From a virus (lineage: Duplodnaviria > Caudoviricetes), in the IMG/VR virus record IMGVR_UViG_3300025759_000197, positions 1 through 41,787 of that record: a stretch of DNA of 41,787 nucleotides; one strand, 5' to 3'. Under the pieces are notes generated by a model that was not told where the DNA came from, made no database searches, and was given only the letters and a program-made list of their open reading frames with translations. Positions 35,038-41,787 of this stretch are shown here, piece by piece. The position numbers and the translations under genes are program-made. The stretch's first letter is position 1. Each line of letters begins with the position of its first letter.

Positions 35038-37031
35038 TGGCAAAATATAAATCACAAGCAACTACCAAATACTATGGACTAGGTGGTACAGGTAGAGTTT
35101 ACACAAATACACAATCAGATGGATTAGCTAAATCTTTAATGAATGCAGGTTATAAAATAGGTGAAGCAGAGACATTAAGAATAGATAGAAAAAAAGATAA
35201 AGCTATTGCTAAAATTGATGAGCTATATGCTTCAGGTAAATCTTTTGAAGACATACAATCAGAGATACTAGCAAACAAACACCCAGATTTAACTGGTAAA
35301 TACATAGAACAAACTACAAATTATCATGCAGGTAAAGTTAAAGCGGCTGAAGTTATTAAAGAAATAGAAGCTAATAAAAATAAATATGATTATACTGATA
35401 CTACACAATCATTAGAAACTTTCTATAAAGAATATATGCCTGAATTTGAAAGCATGGATAAAGCTACAATTTTAGGATTTTCTAAAACATTTAATGTCTA
35501 TAAATCAACAGAAGCAGTAAAAGATGCAGAGAATAGAAGTGCGTGGGCTTCTGAAGTTAAAATATCAGAAGGTGTAACTCTTATTGAAACATTGCCTACA
35601 AGCATGATTGAAGGTGAATTAGGTAATACAATTAAAGATATGCAAACTGATGTTCCTAATACAGATGGTTCATCTAAACCTAATCAATTATATACTAATA
35701 AAGAAACATTATCTGTCTTATTAAGAAGTGTTAACAAAATTATTGCTGAAGCAAAAACAGAAGACGATTTAATAAGAGCAGAAGCTATCTTAAATGCTGA
35801 TTTAGGATTTGGTAAAGATGGTACTAAATTAGGCTCACTAGGTTCAAGAAATCACAAAGAGATACTTAAAGCTAAAGAGGATTTATTAAAGAAAAAAAGA
35901 GCATTAATAATTAATGACAGACAAGAAAAAGCATTTCAAGATGAAGAAAAAATTAAAGAATTAAATGCTTCTATATATGAACAGGTAGAAGTAGAGGGAA
36001 CTGCTGATGGTGAAGTAGTTATGAGAGATAAAAACCATGATGAGTTAATGGCAATAAGAGATGAAATAGAAAAGTTTGGTGTACCTGCGTATGTTACTAA
36101 TTTTGATAGAGCTATAGATGCTAACGCATATATTGACACTGACCCTGCGGTATACAACCAGTTAGTAGCTGACATATTTGATGGTAAGTATGCTACACAA
36201 GATGAAGTAACTGATGCTTTAGTAGCATTAAATATTGACCCTAAATTATTATCTCCAACTTTAACATTATTTGCTAAAGCTAATAAAAAAGGTAAACAAC
36301 TTCATGTAAGTAATGCCATTTACAGTGAAAGCATGAAATATATTGAAAATGCAGTTAGAGGTAACTTTACTAATCAACAAGGTTTCTTAAAAGAAAATGG
36401 TAATGATGCAATTAGAAATGCACATAACTACATGGTTAAAGAATTAAATCAATATGAAGCTGACTTTTTAGAAAAAGAAGGTAGAGAACCTACTGATAAA
36501 GAACGTGCAGACTTTATGGAAATGATGGGCGACATAGTTATTAAATACTACAGTACAGATTATGGTGCTGACCCTACTATGAAATCTATGACAGACTATG
36601 AAACTGAAATTAAAGAAGCAGAACAAGCAAAAGAAATTAAAGATAAAGAATATCTTGAAGCAGGTGTTACTGAATTACAAACAAGTATCGGAGACTTACT
36701 TGTTGATAAGAAATTAGATTTACAGAAAATTAAAGAAGGAGTAGAAAATGATTTTAACCCTTCTTTCATGGGTATACCATTTACAGGCGGAGATAGTAGT
36801 TGGTTTAAATTTGATAGCACTGATAAAAAGAATTTTATTAAAAAGAATTTACCAACAGCTATTTCTAAAATATTTACTGATAACAATATAACTTTAACAC
36901 CACAAATGTTTGAAGTTATGACTGAAGAAGATTTTATATCATTAAAAGAAAACATTGCTTCCGCAATAGGTGCAACTACTGAACAAGTAGACCAAGCAAT
37001 TCAATTAGCAATGAAAGCACAAGGTAATTAA
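35037..37031 (+). CDS. Internal virion protein C (gp15 position)
   Basis: 664 aa, charged and likely helical; synteny. Confidence 0.7.
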   Translation: MAKYKSQATTKYYGLGGTGRVYTNTQSDGLAKSLMNAGYKIGEAETLRIDRKKDKAIAKIDELYASGKSFEDIQSEILANKHPDLTGKYIEQTTNYHAGKVKAAEVIKEIEANKNKYDYTDTTQSLETFYKEYMPEFESMDKATILGFSKTFNVYKSTEAVKDAENRSAWASEVKISEGVTLIETLPTSMIEGELGNTIKDMQTDVPNTDGSSKPNQLYTNKETLSVLLRSVNKIIAEAKTEDDLIRAEAILNADLGFGKDGTKLGSLGSRNHKEILKAKEDLLKKKRALIINDRQEKAFQDEEKIKELNASIYEQVEVEGTADGEVVMRDKNHDELMAIRDEIEKFGVPAYVTNFDRAIDANAYIDTDPAVYNQLVADIFDGKYATQDEVTDALVALNIDPKLLSPTLTLFAKANKKGKQLHVSNAIYSESMKYIENAVRGNFTNQQGFLKENGNDAIRNAHNYMVKELNQYEADFLEKEGREPTDKERADFMEMMGDIVIKYYSTDYGADPTMKSMTDYETEIKEAEQAKEIKDKEYLEAGVTELQTSIGDLLVDKKLDLQKIKEGVENDFNPSFMGIPFTGGDSSWFKFDSTDKKNFIKKNLPTAISKIFTDNNITLTPQMFEVMTEEDFISLKENIASAIGATTEQVDQAIQLAMKAQGN

Positions 37032-40000
37032 TGGCTACATTTTCAACTTCATTAGATAAAGAAATAACAACAAGTACCTTTCCTACTGAAGATTTAAAAA
37101 AACCAGATAATGCGGCGTTAGCATTAGATGAAATACAATCAGAAAAATTTTATAACACATTAAAATCTTATTATTCTTATAGAGAAGACGATAAATACTT
37201 ATTTAACAATATGAGCCATGCAGACTTATTAGATTATTTCTATAATGATAGGTCTTGGAGAAATCACAATACTGTCTCTATGGGTATGGATATGGCTAAT
37301 GTTTTTGGTGAAGACAACCCTGATAGAATAGCAGAGTTTTCTTATATCCAACAAACTTATGAAGCATTACCTTCTTGGTGGGACGACCCAAATAGAAGTT
37401 TTGGCTCATGGTTAATAGATAATGGTGGTGCTATGTTAGCTGACCCAGTTAACCTAATTGGTGTAGGAGTTGGTGGTCAAGCCGCAAAACAAGGTTACAA
37501 AGCCGCTTTAAGAGTAGCTCTTAAAGATAAAATGGCTAAAGAAATTTCTGAAATTACAATTAAAGAAGCGGCTAAAGAAGCTGAAAAGTTAGCTTTAGGT
37601 GCGGCTATTAAAAAAGGTGCATTAAATGAAGGTGTTGTTAATGCAGTTATTTCTGGTGGTCAAGATGTTATGCTACAAAACACTGCTATCAAAGCAGGTA
37701 TACAAGATGAGTTTAGTTTAAAACAATCTGGTATTAGTACAGCCGCAGGGTTTGGCTTTGGTACTATCTTTGGTGCAGGATTTTCAGCAGGTGCTTTCAA
37801 ACTTAAAAATAGAAGTCTCGCAAACAATTCAATTAAAAATCTTAAAGATATTCACGATTTTGGTAGAAGTACAACAAAGGGTTCAAAGCTATTTGATGAA
37901 CTTACAATTAATACTAAATCTAAAGCGGCAGATAAAAATGCTCCTAAAATTAAAAAAGAACCAAAGTCTACAAAAGAATATATTAACGATTTAAGAAAAT
38001 CCAAAATAAAACCAGACGATAAACCACCTAAACAAATTATTAACATAACTAAAATGAAAAAGCCTAGTACAGGTAAAGAAACAAGTTATGAAAATTTTAT
38101 TAAATTTAGAATTTCTGAAATAACAGAAAATGTAAAAGTTGATTTAGAAAATGCAAGAGTAACTAAAGAACAGATGATTGAAGAAGCTGTTGCGTTAGGA
38201 GCAGATAGAAAAAAGTTTCAAAAAATGGCTGACGATATGGCTAACTCTGAAGATTTTGTTAATGGATATGCTACAGTTGTTGCACAAAAAAATGAAATTA
38301 AAAGTTTATTTGATGAAATAGGAGCATTAGCTACTCAAACAAACAGAGCAGATTTATCTCTTAAAGAACAACAAGATTTAGTTAAAAGAATTGAATATTT
38401 AGATGACATAATGAACGCAGATGTTATTAGAAAACAAAAAGGTTCAGGTAATGTAGCTAGGATATTTGTTGCACATCAATTAGATGCTGATGGTACAAAA
38501 GCCGCAAAATTAATATCTAATCCTGAAGACCCTGCATTGGCAAAACAAAAAATTGGAACATTTGAAGACAAACTTAAATTTTGGCAAAACGTAGGTAAGT
38601 TAGGAGATAGAGACCAAATTATAGCGGCTCATCAAAAAATAAAAGACATGGACAGATGGGATTTATTGTCTGAATATGTAAACAACAACTTGCTATCTTC
38701 ACCAGATACACACATTTTAAATATTATATCAGGTTTAACACAAACATTTTGGAAACCTACAGTTCTTTTATTAAGAGGTGCAAACATGCTTCCAACAGAT
38801 GCAGTAAGAGCTAGGCGTATAATGAGAGAAGCGTTAGAAACTTTTGTATATCAATTTGCTTTTACAGGTTTTGCTTTAAAAAGAGCAGGTAAAAGTATTT
38901 GGGAAGGTAGAGCAGTTCTTGATAGTGCTTACATGAAACATGATAGTAATATTAGACAAGGACAACTTCAAAGATGGATAAGTGGTATGGGTAAACTTGC
39001 TACTGAACCTTTAGGAACATTTGGAAAAGTTGTGCAAAGAACTGTTGTAGAACCAACAGCAAGAATAGTAACTTTACCTATGAGAGTGTTATCAGCAGGA
39101 GATGAATTTCTTAAATCAATGTTTTTTCAAGCTAGAATGGCATCACTTATTAACTCTAAAATTATAGATGAAAGCCCAGATTTTAATTTATTAAAAGGTG
39201 ATGGATTTAAACAAAGATACAAAGAAAGAGCAAAAGAATTACAAGCAGAATTTATAAACAATGATACAGGAAGAGCTATAGAAATAGGTAATACTGTTCA
39301 AGATAGAATAAACTCACCACTACATTTTAGTAGAGAAGCATCATACACTAATCCTGCATCAGAAGTTAACCCATTAACAAATAAAGAATATGGTGGAGTA
39401 ACAGGCAGAGTATTACAAATTACAGGGAAGAATAAATGGTTAAGAGCTTTTGGTCTTCATTTTATTAATACACCTTCAAACTTATTAAGATGGAATTTTC
39501 AACATTTACCTATTATGGGTAGATACCAATTTCAAATGAGAAACATGTTAGCGGAAGCTGATTTACCACCTTTATCAAAAGATGCAGGTGTCTTTGAAAA
39601 GATAACTCGTAAATTTAACAGTAGTAGAGTTACAGCACCAATTAGAGGTATAGCAGGTAAATTAAGTGGTGGTAGAATTGGTGGTACAAGATATTTAAAC
39701 CCAGAAGCGGCGGCTGAAGCTAATGCTAGAATACAAATGGGTTGGTTACTGTGGACAAGTGCATTCAATATGGTAGCGGCAGGTAAAATTACAGGCGGTG
39801 GTTCAAGAGATTGGAGAGAAAATAGAGAAAGAACTAGAAACACTGGTTGGCAACCTTACGCATGGAGAACAGATGATGGAAGATATATTTCTTTAAATAG
39901 ATTAGACCCATTGTTTACTCCTATGTTTATAGCGGCTGATATAATGGAAGGTCTTAACACTTTCTTAAAAGACACAGATGATTTACCACCAAGTGTTGAA

Positions 40001-40885
40001 AAACAATATACAGAAGCGGCAATGGCAGGAGTAGCATTGTTTACTAGAAACATTACTTCAAAGTTTTATACAAAAAATATAATTGAAATGTTTAACTTTA
40101 TGACATCAGATGATTATATGAAATCTAAAAGTCCTGAAAGAGCCGCAGGTGCATTCTTTGCACAACTAGCATTTAAAGCAGTTCCTATGTCTGGTGGATT
40201 AAGATATTCAAACAGAGTTAATGATGAATGGGAAAGAGATGTATGGACATTTATGGATAGAATTAGAACTCTAAATCCTTTAGGTGTTAATGATAGAATT
40301 ATGCCACAACGTAATATGTTTGGTCAAAAAATTAATAGAAAAACAGGTTGGTTGTTTGGATTAGGTGGAGAGACTGGCTTATGGTCTACACCTTTTGCTA
40401 TGACTAAATGGCAAAACAATGAAACAGCTAAATTTCTTTCTAAAATTACAAAATGGAAATATCAACCACCTGCTAAAACAGACAGAGGTACAGGCTTTAA
40501 TTTAAAAAATATGAAAAATGCTGACAATCAGACAGCTTATGACCGAATGTTAGAATTAAAGATGGAAGTTGTATTTAATGAAAGAGGTGGGATTGTTAAC
40601 CCTAAAACTTACAAAGGTAAGAGATATAATTTACAACAAATAGTAGAGAAATTAATAGCTAATAAACAAAGCAGATTATACATAAATCCAACAGGCGAAG
40701 TTGCAGGTAAAGATTATCAAGCAGATGTTATTATAGATTTAATACATGATGCTGAAAAAGCGGCATATTTTGAGATGCTTAAAGAGTTTCCTGAAATAGA
40801 AGAAAGAATAAAAATACAAGATGCATACACTAAACAGAAGTTTAAAGAGAGCAAAGAAAACTGGATAAACACCCTAACCCAGTAA
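37031..40885 (+). CDS. Internal virion protein D (gp16 position)
   Basis: 1284 aa; NNLLSSP.T, DEFLKS, FINTP.N, ITGGG, GWQPY, RLDP; synteny. Confidence 0.8.
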   Translation: MATFSTSLDKEITTSTFPTEDLKKPDNAALALDEIQSEKFYNTLKSYYSYREDDKYLFNNMSHADLLDYFYNDRSWRNHNTVSMGMDMANVFGEDNPDRIAEFSYIQQTYEALPSWWDDPNRSFGSWLIDNGGAMLADPVNLIGVGVGGQAAKQGYKAALRVALKDKMAKEISEITIKEAAKEAEKLALGAAIKKGALNEGVVNAVISGGQDVMLQNTAIKAGIQDEFSLKQSGISTAAGFGFGTIFGAGFSAGAFKLKNRSLANNSIKNLKDIHDFGRSTTKGSKLFDELTINTKSKAADKNAPKIKKEPKSTKEYINDLRKSKIKPDDKPPKQIINITKMKKPSTGKETSYENFIKFRISEITENVKVDLENARVTKEQMIEEAVALGADRKKFQKMADDMANSEDFVNGYATVVAQKNEIKSLFDEIGALATQTNRADLSLKEQQDLVKRIEYLDDIMNADVIRKQKGSGNVARIFVAHQLDADGTKAAKLISNPEDPALAKQKIGTFEDKLKFWQNVGKLGDRDQIIAAHQKIKDMDRWDLLSEYVNNNLLSSPDTHILNIISGLTQTFWKPTVLLLRGANMLPTDAVRARRIMREALETFVYQFAFTGFALKRAGKSIWEGRAVLDSAYMKHDSNIRQGQLQRWISGMGKLATEPLGTFGKVVQRTVVEPTARIVTLPMRVLSAGDEFLKSMFFQARMASLINSKIIDESPDFNLLKGDGFKQRYKERAKELQAEFINNDTGRAIEIGNTVQDRINSPLHFSREASYTNPASEVNPLTNKEYGGVTGRVLQITGKNKWLRAFGLHFINTPSNLLRWNFQHLPIMGRYQFQMRNMLAEADLPPLSKDAGVFEKITRKFNSSRVTAPIRGIAGKLSGGRIGGTRYLNPEAAAEANARIQMGWLLWTSAFNMVAAGKITGGGSRDWRENRERTRNTGWQPYAWRTDDGRYISLNRLDPLFTPMFIAADIMEGLNTFLKDTDDLPPSVEKQYTEAAMAGVALFTRNITSKFYTKNIIEMFNFMTSDDYMKSKSPERAAGAFFAQLAFKAVPMSGGLRYSNRVNDEWERDVWTFMDRIRTLNPLGVNDRIMPQRNMFGQKINRKTGWLFGLGGETGLWSTPFAMTKWQNNETAKFLSKITKWKYQPPAKTDRGTGFNLKNMKNADNQTAYDRMLELKMEVVFNERGGIVNPKTYKGKRYNLQQIVEKLIANKQSRLYINPTGEVAGKDYQADVIIDLIHDAEKAAYFEMLKEFPEIEERIKIQDAYTKQKFKESKENWINTLTQ

Positions 40886-40899
40886 AGTTTCACTTTTAG
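40883..40899 (+). promoter_or_regulatory. Putative late phage-RNAP promoter (phi17-like)
   Basis: TAAAGTTTCACTTTTAG directly upstream of the tail fibre gene. Confidence 0.8.
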
Positions 40900-40933
40900 T
40901 AAAACAAATTCAAAAAATAAGGAAAAATCATAA

Positions 40934-41787
40934 ATGGCTAATAGTTTTGTACGTTATACAGGTAATAACAGTACAACATCTTATGCTATTCCTTTTAGCT
41001 ATAGAGCTACAGAAGACCTAACAGTTACCCTAGCAGGGGTAGCTACAACAGCATTTACGCTAAATGCGGCAGGGACTACTCTTACATTTAATTCTGCACC
41101 TGCACAAGATGTGGCTATTGAGATAAGAAGAAAAACGTCTCAAACAACAAGATTAACAGATTATGCTGATGGTTCAGTATTAACAGAAAACGATTTAGAT
41201 ACAGATAGTACCCAAGCGTTCTTTATGGGTCAGGAAGCTATTGATGATGCTAATGATGTTATTAAACCTTCCAATACAAACTTTCAATGGGACGCAAACA
41301 ATAAAAGACTTATAAATGTTGCTAACCCAACAGATAACCAAGATGTTGCTACCAAGCATTATCTTGAAAATACATGGTTATCTAGTGCAGACAAGACTAC
41401 TCTTAACAATGTTAATAGTAATATATCAGCAATTAATACTGTTAATAGTAACATATCAGCTATTACTACAGCTAACTCAAATTCTACAAACATAAATACT
41501 GTAGCAACTAACATTAGTTCAGTTAACACAGTAGCAACTGATATTGCAAAAGTTATTGCAGTAGCAAATGATTTAGCAGAAGCAGTTTCAGAGGTTGAGA
41601 CTGTAGCAAATGACTTAAATGAAAGTACATCAGAAATTGATACAGTTGCAAATGCTATAACAAATGTTGATTTAGTTGGAAACAATATTACTAACGTAAA
41701 TACAGTAGCAGGAATATCAGCTAACATAACTACAGTAGCAGGTATATCTAGCAATGTGACTACAGCTGCAGGAATGTCTTCTGCAAT
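40934..41787 (+). CDS. Tail fibre protein, N-terminal part (T7 gp17-like anchor), 3'-truncated
   Basis: MANSFVRYTGNNSTTSYAIPFSY...IEIRRKT...DYADGSVLTENDLD...QEA, then roughly 10-residue NI..V..VA repeats; open to the window end. Confidence 0.92.
   Translation, partial: MANSFVRYTGNNSTTSYAIPFSYRATEDLTVTLAGVATTAFTLNAAGTTLTFNSAPAQDVAIEIRRKTSQTTRLTDYADGSVLTENDLDTDSTQAFFMGQEAIDDANDVIKPSNTNFQWDANNKRLINVANPTDNQDVATKHYLENTWLSSADKTTLNNVNSNISAINTVNSNISAITTANSNSTNINTVATNISSVNTVATDIAKVIAVANDLAEAVSEVETVANDLNESTSEIDTVANAITNVDLVGNNITNVNTVAGISANITTVAGISSNVTTAAGMSSA

Noticed and set aside
1270-41754. All minus-strand ORFs in the track (for example 9886..10119, 28105..28656, 41359..41754)
   Set aside because: Antisense shadows of + strand genes or structured RNA with no recognisable motifs; T7-like genomes are coded on one strand.
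41400-41787. Roughly 30-nt periodic repeats as a CRISPR array or DNA repeat
   Set aside because: Degenerate decapeptide repeats of the tail fibre shaft; no constant repeat with unique spacers and no cas genes.

Overview
Near-complete, circularly permuted genome of a T7-like (Autographiviridae) podophage, broken inside the main tail-fibre gene (the gene starting at 40934 and the partial ORF at 1-695 look like its two ends). It is AT-rich and every credible gene is on the + strand. Gene content matches the HTVC019P-type pelagiphages of SAR11/Pelagibacter (host is inferred): tyrosine integrase with an attP carrying the 5' half of tRNA-Cys, single-subunit RNAP, T7-type replication genes, class I RNR, a SpeD-like gene and T7-order virion genes. 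Window order: tail-fibre cassette, lysis/small genes, terminase, endolysin, probable genome-end junction, early genes, HTH regulator/integrase/attP, RNAP, replication, nucleotide metabolism, head, tail. The standout signal is two complete hammerhead ribozymes on the sense strand, type III at about 10064-10125 and type I at about 11700-11777. They bracket the early host-takeover gene block, so a 1690-nt RNA with 5'-OH and 2',3'-cyclic-phosphate ends is predicted to be excised and could be circularised. Also seen: four copies of a putative phage-RNAP promoter in two variants, several structured intergenic RNAs, a repeated CAATCAA motif before ribosome-binding sites, many small unannotated ORFs, and apparent GATC/GANTC/GCWGC avoidance. 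All structures were read by eye and not computed.
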